Shown: piece by piece, positions 28,209 through 38,201 of the stretch | Numbering within the stretch: the stretch's first letter is position 1 | How the letters are laid out: every line of letters starts with the position of its first letter | Origin: Candidatus Thorarchaeota archaeon | Lineage (GTDB): Archaea; Asgardarchaeota; Thorarchaeia; Thorarchaeales; Thorarchaeaceae | Direction: 5' to 3' | DNA length: 64,000 bases | Assembly: GCA_046482545.1 (NCBI GenBank) | Contig: JAWOEX010000024.1 | Location: forward strand, 1-64,000 | Position numbers and translations under genes: made by a program | The notes under the pieces: model-generated | Databases searched by the model: none | Told to the model about the DNA's origin: nothing | Seen by the model: only the letters and a program-made list of their open reading frames with translations

Positions 28209-29068
28209 TGGAGGAAGTCGAGATGGTAACAATAAAGCGGGAAAAACTGGCGATTGTCGAGGAGTGTCGGGGAGACGAATGTAAACCACGAGTTGGAGTT
28301 TATGCTCTTACTTCGTGCTATGGCTGCCAGCTGAAATTGGCAACTGTAGAGAGGATTTTGGATATAGCGAATGCAGTCAACATAGAAAGCTTCTACATGC
28401 TTTCCAGCAATAGCACCATTCCTGCAGATGTCGACGTAGCCTTCGTTGAAGGTTCGGTATCAACAGAGAAGGACTTGGAGGATCTTCTTGAGGTCAGAAA
28501 ACATTCGAGAATTCTCGTTGCTCTGGGTGCTTGTGCAGTGAATGGCGGTGTCCAAAGTTGGGTTGAATGCGAGATGGACTATGAACAGCTCTATGCTGAA
28601 GTCTATGGCGACAAGACCATTGGTATGCAAGGACGTCAGGCTACGCCTATTTCTCATCACGTAGAGGTTGACTACTCCTTGCCTGGCTGCCCACCAGAAG
28701 AAGCCGAAATCATGTATTTCATATCCAGCTTCCTGTTTGGTACGTTTCCAGAGCCTAAGGATTATCCAGTATGCGCAGAGTGTCGATTGGCTGGAAATCC
28801 CTGTATTCTTATCGAACGTGGTGAACCTTGCCTTGGTCCCGTAACTACTGCTGGGTGCAAGGCTCGCTGTATTTCCTTTGATGTGCCCTGTATTGGCTGT
28901 AGGGGCCCGGTTCCACATGATACCGCTTGGTTTGATTCACTCGCTCTCACCTTTGAAAAGAAAGGCTTGGACGAAGATGTCGTGAGGGCTCGCATGCGAA
29001 TTTTCGGTGCACATAATCCCGACTTGGAAGAGATGCTGAACAAAGTGTATGGAAGTGATAACGAATGA
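28205..29068 (+). CDS. hydD: Group 3b hydrogenase small (delta) subunit
   Basis: LTSCYGCQ, EGSV, GACA, PGCPP, CLGPVTTAGC.A.C..CIGCRG. Confidence 0.93.
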   Translation: MMEEVEMVTIKREKLAIVEECRGDECKPRVGVYALTSCYGCQLKLATVERILDIANAVNIESFYMLSSNSTIPADVDVAFVEGSVSTEKDLEDLLEVRKHSRILVALGACAVNGGVQSWVECEMDYEQLYAEVYGDKTIGMQGRQATPISHHVEVDYSLPGCPPEEAEIMYFISSFLFGTFPEPKDYPVCAECRLAGNPCILIERGEPCLGPVTTAGCKARCISFDVPCIGCRGPVPHDTAWFDSLALTFEKKGLDEDVVRARMRIFGAHNPDLEEMLNKVYGSDNE

Positions 29069-30399
29069 CTCCATCGAAGAAGAAAGAGAGTAAACAGAAA
29101 ATCACTCGGGAGATATCCATAGATCACATTGCTCGAATCGAAGGAAAGGCTGGAATTGAAGTCACTTATGACGGTTCTCAGGTAGAACTCGTCCGGGTGA
29201 ATGTCTTTGAAGGTCCTAGATACTTTGAGGCTATAACTAAGGGGAAACCCATTGAGGAAGCTACCGCAGTCTTTCCAAGAATTTGCTCTTTCTGTGCTGC
29301 AGCACACAAAGTGACTGCTCTACAGGCCGCGGAAAACGCTATTGGGCTCAAACCAACAGAACAGACCCGAGCCCTTCGCGAGCTGTTGTATACTGGCGAT
29401 TACATAGAAAGTCACGCCCTTCACTTATTCCTGCTTGCTTTACCTGACTTTCTTGGGTATCCTGATGCATTCTCCATGGCCGAGGATCATCCCGATGTAG
29501 TCAATGCTGCCATAGCTCTCAAGGATATTGGAGCAGACATACAGAACGTTATTGGTTCTCGCTACATCCATCAAGAAAACGCGATATTGGGTGGTTTTGG
29601 CAAAATTCCATCAAAGCAGTCCTTGGAAACATTGGCTAGACGTCTAAGGATGTTGCAGTGTGAAGCTGAGGAAGCCCTGGAGCAGCTTGTCAGCTATCCC
29701 AACTGGCCGGAAGTGGACGCCAAAAGAACGCACTTGGCCCTTGAACCTCATGATGGTTCATACACCATGCTAGGTGATACAATAAAAGCGAGCGATGGTA
29801 ACGAGTTCAAGGTCGATGCTTATCAGGTTAGGATGGCTGAAGAGGTTGTCCCCTATTCCTTTGCAAAGCATGGCACATACAGTTTCAACCCCTTCATGAC
29901 CGGAGCTATTTCACGTTTTTCACTGTTTGGCCACGGAATTAGTGCTCGAGCCGCCGAACTCGCAGAGACATATGCATCCCACCTTGACCCGAAGAACCCC
30001 ATGAGTAACAATTTCGCACAGTCTGTAGAGCTTGTGCACTTTGTCCACCGGGCCGAGAAGATTGCCGAGGACCTAGCTAGTGACCTGAAACCATACGAAA
30101 AACGAATCGAGCCAAAGGTGACGAAAGGCGGTAAGGGGGTAGCAATCACAGAAGCTCCTCGAGGCCTTCTTGCTTATACCCTTGAGGTCGACAAGAATGC
30201 CAAAGTAGTATCTGCGGACATCATAACTCCTACTGTAATGTTTCTACCCATGATGGAAACTGATCTACGAAGGATGGCTGAGGGTCTTGTTTCAGATGGG
30301 ATGAAGGAGCCTACTGAAATCGGTAACAAACTAGAGACCGTTGTTCGAGCTTATGATCCCTGTATTTCATGTAGCGTTCATGTAGCGGATGTCAGATAG
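29065..30399 (+). CDS. hydA: Group 3b [NiFe]-hydrogenase large (alpha) subunit
   Basis: ARIEG, RICSFC (L1), DPCISCSVH (L2) with short cleavable tail. Confidence 0.95.
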   Translation: MTPSKKKESKQKITREISIDHIARIEGKAGIEVTYDGSQVELVRVNVFEGPRYFEAITKGKPIEEATAVFPRICSFCAAAHKVTALQAAENAIGLKPTEQTRALRELLYTGDYIESHALHLFLLALPDFLGYPDAFSMAEDHPDVVNAAIALKDIGADIQNVIGSRYIHQENAILGGFGKIPSKQSLETLARRLRMLQCEAEEALEQLVSYPNWPEVDAKRTHLALEPHDGSYTMLGDTIKASDGNEFKVDAYQVRMAEEVVPYSFAKHGTYSFNPFMTGAISRFSLFGHGISARAAELAETYASHLDPKNPMSNNFAQSVELVHFVHRAEKIAEDLASDLKPYEKRIEPKVTKGGKGVAITEAPRGLLAYTLEVDKNAKVVSADIITPTVMFLPMMETDLRRMAEGLVSDGMKEPTEIGNKLETVVRAYDPCISCSVHVADVR

Positions 30400-30549
30400 C
30401 ACTGCGTCATTCTGACTGGGAAAGCCACCTGTATATCAGGAAAGATAGTATTTACATTTGCAGTATTCCCTCGCAGACATGAGATACTAACAGCAGTTAT
30501 TTCGCTAATGATTACTAGGCTGTTGTTTTTATTTCATAGGTGAAACACA

Positions 30550-31191
30550 TTGTACGAAACTAAGAAGCAGATTATGCTTGAAACTTGTGCAGAAATGCTC
30601 GAGCGGGACTTAGTGGTGGGCTCCTCCGGCAACGTGAGCCTGAGGATAAAAGACCACATCATCATCACGCCAAGTGGAGTGGAGTATCGCGTGATGACCC
30701 CCTATGATCTGATTGTTCTGGATCTAAACGGCAATAAGATTGAAGGCAAGAAGGAGCCAAGCATCGAGACTCAGATGCACCTTGAAGTGTATGGAATACG
30801 TAGCGATATCCAATCTACCGTGCATACGCACAGTGTTTACGCAACCGCCATGGCTCTACTCTACAAATCGCTTCCGCCCATAGTTGATGAGCTTGTGCCC
30901 GCCCTTGGTGGGGAAATCACAGTTACCGATTATTCGAAGGCGGGAACGCGTGGTCTCGCTGACGCGGTCGCCAAAGCAATACAAGACCGTGATGCTGCGC
31001 TGATTGGTAACCATGGCGCCTTGTGTGTTGGAAAGTCGCTTCGAGATGCCCTTGATTCAGCCATTCTTCTTGAACGGGCATGTAAAATCTATATGATTGC
31101 GGCCCAAGTCGGAAAGCCTTCTCAGCTTCCTGAAAAAATAGTTACAGATGAAAAGCGCAAATGGGTCAAGAGACATGAATCGAAGGCTTGA
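30550..31191 (+). CDS. Class II aldolase/adducin family (FucA-like)
   Basis: GNVS.R, ITPSG, PSIE..MH, VHTHS, NHG. Confidence 0.88.
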   Translation: MYETKKQIMLETCAEMLERDLVVGSSGNVSLRIKDHIIITPSGVEYRVMTPYDLIVLDLNGNKIEGKKEPSIETQMHLEVYGIRSDIQSTVHTHSVYATAMALLYKSLPPIVDELVPALGGEITVTDYSKAGTRGLADAVAKAIQDRDAALIGNHGALCVGKSLRDALDSAILLERACKIYMIAAQVGKPSQLPEKIVTDEKRKWVKRHESKA

Positions 31192-31248
31192 TTGTCAAGC
31201 CGTTATCACTGTTCAATTACAAACAAGTGGAATTATGAGGTGGCTAGC

Positions 31249-32181
31249 TTGCAAATTTCTAGTGATTTGGTTCTTAATCTCTCCGTGTTCTATCTTCTCA
31301 TACTGGTTGGTTTTTTGATATCCAAGAGGGCTGGTTATGGTGAAGCAGTTAGTGCGTATCTCAACCCCCTGCTGATCAACTTGATGCTTCCTCTTCTGAT
31401 AGTCAGTAACCTCATTGGCACCACTTTTAATGCATTGACCGAATTACCGCAGATTGTTGTAATTACCATAATGATGCATCTCGCTGGGGCATTGCTGTTA
31501 TCCCTTTACCTGAGAACAAGTGATATCGTACCCAAGAAGAAAGGTGCTCTACTTCTCTGTGCCACATTTCATAATGCTGTCTTTTTGCCTATTCCAGTAT
31601 CTCTGGTGTTTCTTGGTGAAACCGTGGTACCTCGTATCGCAGTACATTCGCTGACTCAGATGATTCTACTGACAACGCTCGGAACCTTCATAGGCTCCTA
31701 CTACAACGAACAAGCGATAGACCGTAAGACGGTTACAAGAAAGGCTTTACTGTTCCCTCCGCTGTTGGCTACTATCGCTGGATTTGTTCTATCAATTCTA
31801 GGAGTATCTCTTCCATCGGCTGGAGACGTATTTTTTTCTTTCAACAACACAGCTACGACCTATCTTTCGCTTGTTGTTGTAGGTCTTGCTCTGGGCAAGC
31901 AATTTTCTGTATCTGACTCAATGCAGGCATTACCGGTTGTTACAGTCAGACAAGTCGCAATTCCACTACTGGTTTGGGTCCTTCTTGGATTTACCACTCT
32001 CACTTCCATAACAAAATCAGTCCTTTTCATAGAATCCCTGATGCCTTCTGCAGTTCTTACGGTGGTCTATGCATCTGATTTCAGGTTGGATGCGCAGATT
32101 GCCGCTACGATAGTGACAATCGGCACAGTTCTCTTGCTGCCCTTTCTACCATTGATTCCTTTCATACTCTCATTCATTTAA
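31249..32181 (+). CDS. AEC (auxin efflux carrier) family transporter
   Basis: ~10 TM; F.NAVFLPIP and MPSA motifs; start chosen after SD GAGGTG. Confidence 0.8.
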   Translation: MQISSDLVLNLSVFYLLILVGFLISKRAGYGEAVSAYLNPLLINLMLPLLIVSNLIGTTFNALTELPQIVVITIMMHLAGALLLSLYLRTSDIVPKKKGALLLCATFHNAVFLPIPVSLVFLGETVVPRIAVHSLTQMILLTTLGTFIGSYYNEQAIDRKTVTRKALLFPPLLATIAGFVLSILGVSLPSAGDVFFSFNNTATTYLSLVVVGLALGKQFSVSDSMQALPVVTVRQVAIPLLVWVLLGFTTLTSITKSVLFIESLMPSAVLTVVYASDFRLDAQIAATIVTIGTVLLLPFLPLIPFILSFI

Positions 32182-32252
32182 TCAGTAGGAGTATTTCCAC
32201 TATGCGCTCCATCTCAAAGCTAATATCCGATGCCCGTAGAGATTAAATTGCG

Positions 32253-32576
32253 GTGAAGAAATTGCCAGACGAGAAGGAAAAAGATTCGGTCCGGATAAAG
32301 CGGGAACTGGATGAAACAGTAGCAAAACTCGAGCAATCTCACCCCTCAAGTGAAGATTGGGAAGAGACAATGGCTGCCAACCGCAAAAAATGGGAGAAGA
32401 TGAAGAAGAAAATACACGAGCGCCAAACGGCGCTGAAACGACTGGTAAAGGAGAAACGAGCCGGTACCATCGGTGAAAGAGAATTCAGAGAAAAGTATAG
32501 AAAAATCCAGGACGAGTTAACAGCCTTGGAGTTTGCTGTATACAATCTTCGACTAGGTACTGACATTGCTGTTTAA
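32253..32576 (+). CDS. Hypothetical charged coiled-coil protein
   Basis: ORF with K/E-rich helical pattern. Confidence 0.6.
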   Translation: MKKLPDEKEKDSVRIKRELDETVAKLEQSHPSSEDWEETMAANRKKWEKMKKKIHERQTALKRLVKEKRAGTIGEREFREKYRKIQDELTALEFAVYNLRLGTDIAV

Positions 32577-32625
32577 GACGGCCGAATCATATAGTTTCGT
32601 CACTTTCTTGTGGCCACTTGAGCTT

Positions 32626-33666
32626 CTAGTCTGCTTTTGACTTCTGATAAAGCAGTATTCCTTCGGTTAAGGAGATAATACCAAGCACAGCTACAGCAGC
32701 TAAGAGTATGAGATTGAGGGCATTCGGTCCGAAGGGAGAATCTGTATTTTCAAGCCCTGACGTTACTGCTCCAAGATTATATGTCATAATCGAGAGATAA
32801 TCCGAGAGACCCTCTACAAAAACCCCACGAACCCAGATGAGGGGAGTACCGTAATCCTCTGCGAGCTGCTGTGCAAATTCTCCCGCATTTTGAAGACGAG
32901 CCACATCTGAACCGATAATGACATCAACGCTCCCATTCGCAAGAGCATTTTGGACTTGGACAAGCTCCGTCCCCGAAACGAAGGTCCCTTCTTCTTGCAG
33001 AATAGTCACAATTTCTATATCAAATGCTTCAGCAACATACGCTTCCGCTGGAAAAACTCCTATTGCCCTGATGGATGCAAAGCTGTATTCTTCCTTCTGT
33101 GTGTCTACGAAATTCACGAAGGCCTGCAGATCGGAAAGGAATGTGTCTAACTGTAGGTTCCAGTATTCCGAATAGCTAGGTTCAATTCGATTTAGAGCTG
33201 CAACTGTGGTATTAGCTATAGATGCGGCATTACTCGGAAGGAGCCACCATGCATGTGGATTCTCTCCCCCCTCTTCTTCTATTCTTGGGATCGGAGAAAG
33301 TTCTGCACCATAATCTGAATATCTCTCAAAAGCGTTTTCGTCGTGGAGTGTTATATACCGTACGTCCGTCTGGCTGACCAAATCATCTTCAAAAGCAAAG
33401 TGGCCTGTAAGGGCCAGTAAATCTGCTCGATTTGCCTTCTCCACAGCTTCTGTCGGCAGCTGTGAAGCATGCGGTTCAACGCCCTCCGGCAGTATGACTG
33501 AGATATCCAAGTATCCACCCCCGACTCTTTTGATAATACCTCCAAGTGGTGCGATTGCAACTGCAATTTCTAGGTTGGGTTCTTGAGCCCTGACTGCTGG
33601 TGGAATGAACGAGACAACCAACAACGAGAGCATCAACATTACTACCAGATAACCCTTCTTTCTCAC
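32626..33666 (-). CDS. znuA: Metal ABC transporter substrate-binding protein (ZnuA/MntA family) with C-terminal anchor
   Basis: PEGVEPH, NPHAWWL; signal peptide; C-terminal TM; start uncertain. Confidence 0.85.
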   Translation of the reverse strand: MRKKGYLVVMLMLSLLVVSFIPPAVRAQEPNLEIAVAIAPLGGIIKRVGGGYLDISVILPEGVEPHASQLPTEAVEKANRADLLALTGHFAFEDDLVSQTDVRYITLHDENAFERYSDYGAELSPIPRIEEEGGENPHAWWLLPSNAASIANTTVAALNRIEPSYSEYWNLQLDTFLSDLQAFVNFVDTQKEEYSFASIRAIGVFPAEAYVAEAFDIEIVTILQEEGTFVSGTELVQVQNALANGSVDVIIGSDVARLQNAGEFAQQLAEDYGTPLIWVRGVFVEGLSDYLSIMTYNLGAVTSGLENTDSPFGPNALNLILLAAVAVLGIISLTEGILLYQKSKAD

Positions 33667-33711
33667 CGCGTATCGCCTCTTGTTAATAAAGAAATGAAAC
33701 AAGGTTTATAA

Positions 33712-33728
33712 CATGTATCGGATACATG
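33712..33728. promoter_or_regulatory. Perfect palindrome next to a TATA box in the divergent znuA/nikR-like promoter (candidate operator)
   Basis: CATGTATC-G-GATACATG immediately after TTTATAA (33705-33711). Confidence 0.5.
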
Positions 33729-33822
33729 CGTAAATTATTAAGGTTTTCGGCATGAATATTAATCAGAAAAATACAGTTAGCTGGAAGGAAACTACCCGCT
33801 GACTAGATGTTGATGTGATTAT

Positions 33823-34215
33823 ATGCCAATTGTAGCTGTTTCGATGTCAGAATCCCATCTGCACACACTTGAAAACCTTCAGAAGCAAGGCGGATTCTCC
33901 AATCGGTCCGAGGCGATTAGACATGCTATCCAGTCGCTTATGGCCGAGCATGAGGATCTTGAACAGGAGACGGGTGAAGTCACTATTGTTTTGACTGCAG
34001 TATACTCCGATAAGGGTAAGAACAACCGATGCAGTCGCGTGCAGCATGAGTATAGCCATATGATTAGTTCTATGATGCATTCTCACTCGAATCGTGGTGA
34101 ATGCGTTGAAGTGATGGTTCTCAAGGGTGATGCCGAGGAAGCTAGAAAATTCATTAAGAAGATACGTTCACAGAACCGGGTTGTTCACGTACAAATCAGC
34201 GTTGTGGGGCGATAG
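33823..34215 (+). CDS. NikR-like ribbon-helix-helix metal-responsive regulator
   Basis: NRSEAIR RHH motif; QHEY..HSH..CVEV. Confidence 0.85.
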   Translation: MPIVAVSMSESHLHTLENLQKQGGFSNRSEAIRHAIQSLMAEHEDLEQETGEVTIVLTAVYSDKGKNNRCSRVQHEYSHMISSMMHSHSNRGECVEVMVLKGDAEEARKFIKKIRSQNRVVHVQISVVGR

Positions 34216-34241
34216 CTCTGATAGAACAACAGCTCTCCAAT

Positions 34242-35033
34242 GTGCTATTGCATGCAGAAGATTTGGCTGTGAAATATCCGAACGGGGAACTTGCTCTTTA
34301 TGATGTAGATTTCAAGATTGATGCACCTTCGTTTACCGCTATCATCGGGCCTAATGGGTCCGGGAAAAGCACTTTACTGAAGACTATTCTAGGGTTGCTG
34401 GAACCGCTCCGCGGCTCAATTGAACTGTTCGGGTTTGATTCTGCTGAAGAAAAAGACGACATCCGCAAGCTCGTACGTTACGTGCCGCAGCGAGATCGTA
34501 TTGAATTCAACGTGCCTATGAAAGTAAAAGATATCGTGCTTATGGGGCGGCTGCTGAAAAAATCGCCCCCTCGATTTACGTCAACGGAAGATAAGGAACG
34601 GGCACACGAAGCATTGGAACAGGTAAACATGAATCACCTTTGGAATCGTCCTTTTCCGGAGCTATCGGGGGGTCAGTGGCAACGAGTTTTGGTAGCCCGT
34701 GCTCTTGCGAGTGAGGGGCCTGTGCTGATGCTTGATGAACCCCTAGCCGGTACTGATATAGCGAGCCAAGATATGATTGTCGAGGCCTTAGATAGATATC
34801 ATAAGGAACATGATGTCAGCGTGCTTATCGTTACCCATGACCTCAATCCGATTCACACAATGGTAGATGACGTACTTCTCCTCAAGAACACAGTTGTTGG
34901 TATTGGAGAGCCGTGTAGCATAATGGATCCAGATCTCATGAAGAAGGTGTACGGTCGCTCCGCCAGAATCATCGAACACTCAGGCCACAGATACTGCGTA
35001 ACAAGAGATTCGGGGCTTGATAGACATGCTTAA
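34242..35033 (+). CDS. znuC: Metal ABC transporter ATPase (ZnuC-like)
   Basis: GPNGSGKS, YVPQ, LSGGQ, LDEP. Confidence 0.9.
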   Translation: MLLHAEDLAVKYPNGELALYDVDFKIDAPSFTAIIGPNGSGKSTLLKTILGLLEPLRGSIELFGFDSAEEKDDIRKLVRYVPQRDRIEFNVPMKVKDIVLMGRLLKKSPPRFTSTEDKERAHEALEQVNMNHLWNRPFPELSGGQWQRVLVARALASEGPVLMLDEPLAGTDIASQDMIVEALDRYHKEHDVSVLIVTHDLNPIHTMVDDVLLLKNTVVGIGEPCSIMDPDLMKKVYGRSARIIEHSGHRYCVTRDSGLDRHA

Positions 35034-35961
35034 CATACTACAAACTATATTGCAGAGTCCTTTTCTACAGCGGGCTTTGATTGGAGCTTTCCTAATAGCC
35101 ATACTAGCATCTGCATCAGGGACCTTCCTCGTCTTCAGGGGACTCTCGTTCATGACCGCAGGTGTTGCCCATGCGGCCCTAGGTGGTGCAGCTCTGGGAT
35201 TGTTTATGCAGGAATCCGGGCTTGTGCCGTGGTTCGATCCTATTTTGGGGGCTCTCATGTTCAGCATTTTCGTAGCCATAGTGACTGGATATGCTGGTGA
35301 GTCGGGTATTGCTCAGAAAATGGAAGTTGCAGTGGGTGTCTCGTTTGCGTTATCTATGAGTCTTGCTGTTTTCCTGATGTACTATATTCCACCAACAAAA
35401 GTACCCCAGATTTGGGGCTATTTGACCGGTGACATCCTTCTACTCGATAACCTTGACATAATCCTGCTAGGAGCCACTACAGTAGTGCTGGTCTTTCTCA
35501 CTGCACTCTTTCGACAGGAATTCGTGTATGTTAGTGTTGATATGGAAGGGTCAACAGCTCATGGCCTAAATACCAAGGCATATCATTACTTGATGTTGAT
35601 TATGGCGGCGTTAGCTATATCGCTTGCAACAAAGGCCGTCGGAGCTATCCTTGTATATGCTATAGTGGTTGCACCAGCAGCTGCCTCAAATGAGGTGTTC
35701 AATTCTGTGAGGGCTGTGATGATTGCTGTCTTTGCAATTGCGTTGATATCTCAACTCATCGGGATTACGGCCTCATTCACATTCAGGACTTCTCCTAGTG
35801 CCATTGCTGGTATTCTGGCTGCTCTATCTTATCTTGTTGCGGTGCAAATCAAAAAGATTCGTGACAGAGCCAGAATTGAAAAACAGATAGACCGGAGGAA
35901 AGGCCAAGTAGTAGGTAGGTCTCCGAAAGAAATGTCTACCTCGGGGGAAACTGATGTTTAG
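35026..35961 (+). CDS. znuB: Metal ABC transporter permease (ZnuB-like)
   Basis: FLQRAL, AHAALGG, YLTGDIL. Confidence 0.88.
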   Translation: MLNILQTILQSPFLQRALIGAFLIAILASASGTFLVFRGLSFMTAGVAHAALGGAALGLFMQESGLVPWFDPILGALMFSIFVAIVTGYAGESGIAQKMEVAVGVSFALSMSLAVFLMYYIPPTKVPQIWGYLTGDILLLDNLDIILLGATTVVLVFLTALFRQEFVYVSVDMEGSTAHGLNTKAYHYLMLIMAALAISLATKAVGAILVYAIVVAPAAASNEVFNSVRAVMIAVFAIALISQLIGITASFTFRTSPSAIAGILAALSYLVAVQIKKIRDRARIEKQIDRRKGQVVGRSPKEMSTSGETDV

Positions 35962-36054
35962 CGGCTGATTCCTATCTTCATACAACCCTGAGCTCGTCGG
36001 TATCTTTAAGTGGGGACCTCAGATTTTCCAAATCCAAGGTCGGTGTGAAGAGTA

Positions 36055-36450
36055 GTGAGCCAAGAAATTGATCGTAATGAGATGATTCGGTCAACAGTGA
36101 TTACAGTCGTACTTGCGGCTGTTCTCTTGAGTCTCGGGCTTCTTTTCTGGGCGTGGTCATCTCCTGATGTTGTAGATTCCACCTTCGTTGGAACATTAAA
36201 TGACATCAACCCATTTTTGGTAACCGTCATAGAAATCGCACTGATGTTCGGCTTCTATGTTTTCCTGACAGTCACACTGGTTAATCTTCGATTATTCATA
36301 ACCAAAATCCGTGCAGGTTGGCTGGAAATTCTGGCCCCCCTTATTCTTGTTACTGTGATTAGCTACTTTATGTTTCAAGAATATGTTGCAGCTGCGACTT
36401 TCGTACTATCGCTCGGATTTGTTGTCTATCTCTACTTGCTGCAGGAATAG
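36055..36450 (+). CDS. Hypothetical membrane protein
   Basis: Four hydrophobic segments. Confidence 0.65.
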   Translation: MSQEIDRNEMIRSTVITVVLAAVLLSLGLLFWAWSSPDVVDSTFVGTLNDINPFLVTVIEIALMFGFYVFLTVTLVNLRLFITKIRAGWLEILAPLILVTVISYFMFQEYVAAATFVLSLGFVVYLYLLQE

Positions 36451-36648
36451 ATAGCAGTCCTTATTAGGGTCACCAGAAGGTTTATCACAACTCACCAATT
36501 AGCCAATTTGAGCAACCTAATGGCGTAATTGCTAGTAGCTGGCATTATTGAAGATCACAGCCAGCACCGTAGAACTTTCAGGGACTGCATAATTCTGAGG
36601 TTCTGATTTCTGGCAACTTGCGGTTAGGCTTATTTGGAGGAATACTTG

Positions 36649-37383
36649 ATGTTTGGAATGTCCCGCAAGGGATATGATAGGTCGACTAGCATATTTAGCC
36701 CGGAAGGTCGTATTTTCGCTGCCGAATATGCGAAGAAGGCTGTCGAACAAGGTGCCACATCTATTGGCACACGTTGTGAAGAAGGAGTGGTCCTGTTGGC
36801 TGAAAAGAAAGTCATGCCTTTACAGGAGCCTGACAGTGTCGAGAAAATCTCTAAAATTGATGAACATATAGGAGTTGCGACTTCCGGTTTCATGGCTGAT
36901 GCCAGAACCTTGATACAAGAGGCGAGGGTCAAAGCGCAGTCCTATTGGTTGACCTACGAAGAGTCAATACCTGCAGAAGCTCTTGCTGACCATATTTGTG
37001 ATATCAAGGCGCAGTTCACTCAGGGTGGCGGTGCCAGGCCTTACGGAGTTGCGATGATAATTGGTTCCGTTGATGACAATGGTATCCCACAACTCTTTGT
37101 CACGGACCCTGTGGGAACTTACTGGGGCTTCTTTGCTGCTGTCATTGGCAGGGGCAATACAGACGCAGGAGAATATTTGCAGGAGCATTACGAAGAAGAC
37201 TTGAACATCACTGAATCAACAAATCTGGCCCTCAATGCTTTGAAGGCGACTACTGAGTCCGGGTTGACTGCTGACAATGTTGAAATTGCTCAGATTCCAG
37301 TTAGCACCAGCAGATTCACGAAACTATCAAACAATGAGGTTACAACGTTATTGGAACAGAATTCAGAAGCCGAGAAGAAATAG
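36649..37383 (+). CDS. psmA: Proteasome alpha subunit
   Basis: GYDRSTSIFSPEGR..EYA, RPYGV; SD GGAGG before ATG 36649. Confidence 0.96.
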   Translation: MFGMSRKGYDRSTSIFSPEGRIFAAEYAKKAVEQGATSIGTRCEEGVVLLAEKKVMPLQEPDSVEKISKIDEHIGVATSGFMADARTLIQEARVKAQSYWLTYEESIPAEALADHICDIKAQFTQGGGARPYGVAMIIGSVDDNGIPQLFVTDPVGTYWGFFAAVIGRGNTDAGEYLQEHYEEDLNITESTNLALNALKATTESGLTADNVEIAQIPVSTSRFTKLSNNEVTTLLEQNSEAEKK

Positions 37384-37395
37384 TTACCACGTGGG

Positions 37396-38124
37396 GTGTA
37401 TGGGAGATTGCAACGAAAATCAGGTGAAGAATGGCTAGACCTTGATGCAGTAGTTGTTGGATTGAAGAAGGGACACCTCAACTTCGAAATCTTCGTCGAC
37501 CCCGACTTGGCATTCAAGTTCAGACGTGGCGAAGACATTCCGCTCGAATCTGTTTTGAAATCCTATGACCTTTATGAGGACGCTCGAAGAGGAGAACATG
37601 CTTCTGAAGACTTGGCAGAGGATTTCTTTGGAACTAGCGAAATCTTTGAAATAGCATCAGAGATAATCAAACGTGGCAAGTTCAAGCTAACTCATGAGCA
37701 ACGAAGACAGCTGAAGGAAGAGAAAACCGAAAAAATCATTGAGAACATATCCAAGAAAGCAATGAACCCTAAGACCGGTCACCCACATCCTCCTGATAGA
37801 ATACGTCAAGCAATGGAAGAAGCTAAAGTGAACGTAGATCCATTTGTCCGAGTTGAAGAACAAGTACCTCGGATTGTCAAGGCATTGCGAGTTATCATTC
37901 CAATATCCTTTGAAAGCGTCAAGCTGCGAATTATGATACCTGCAGCATATGTTGGAAAGGGCTACAATGTGGTTGCTAACACCGGAGTCATTACCGAGGA
38001 GTCTTGGGACCGGGATGGGTCGTGGAACGGCCTTGTTGAGATTCCAGCCTCTCAGAGGCAGGATCTGTACGACGAGTTGAACAAGCTCACGAAAGGTCAG
38101 GTCAGGATAGAATTAGTCAGATAG
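37396..38124 (+). CDS. Ribosome maturation protein SBDS/Sdo1
   Basis: FEIFVDP, NPKTGHPHPPDRI, IPISFE. Confidence 0.95.
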   Translation: MYGRLQRKSGEEWLDLDAVVVGLKKGHLNFEIFVDPDLAFKFRRGEDIPLESVLKSYDLYEDARRGEHASEDLAEDFFGTSEIFEIASEIIKRGKFKLTHEQRRQLKEEKTEKIIENISKKAMNPKTGHPHPPDRIRQAMEEAKVNVDPFVRVEEQVPRIVKALRVIIPISFESVKLRIMIPAAYVGKGYNVVANTGVITEESWDRDGSWNGLVEIPASQRQDLYDELNKLTKGQVRIELVR

Positions 38125-38201
38125 ATCTTGCACTACTACATCACTCTTACAATACTAATCACATGAATTAACTAAAGTAAATTGAATTGAGGAAATACAT
38201 A

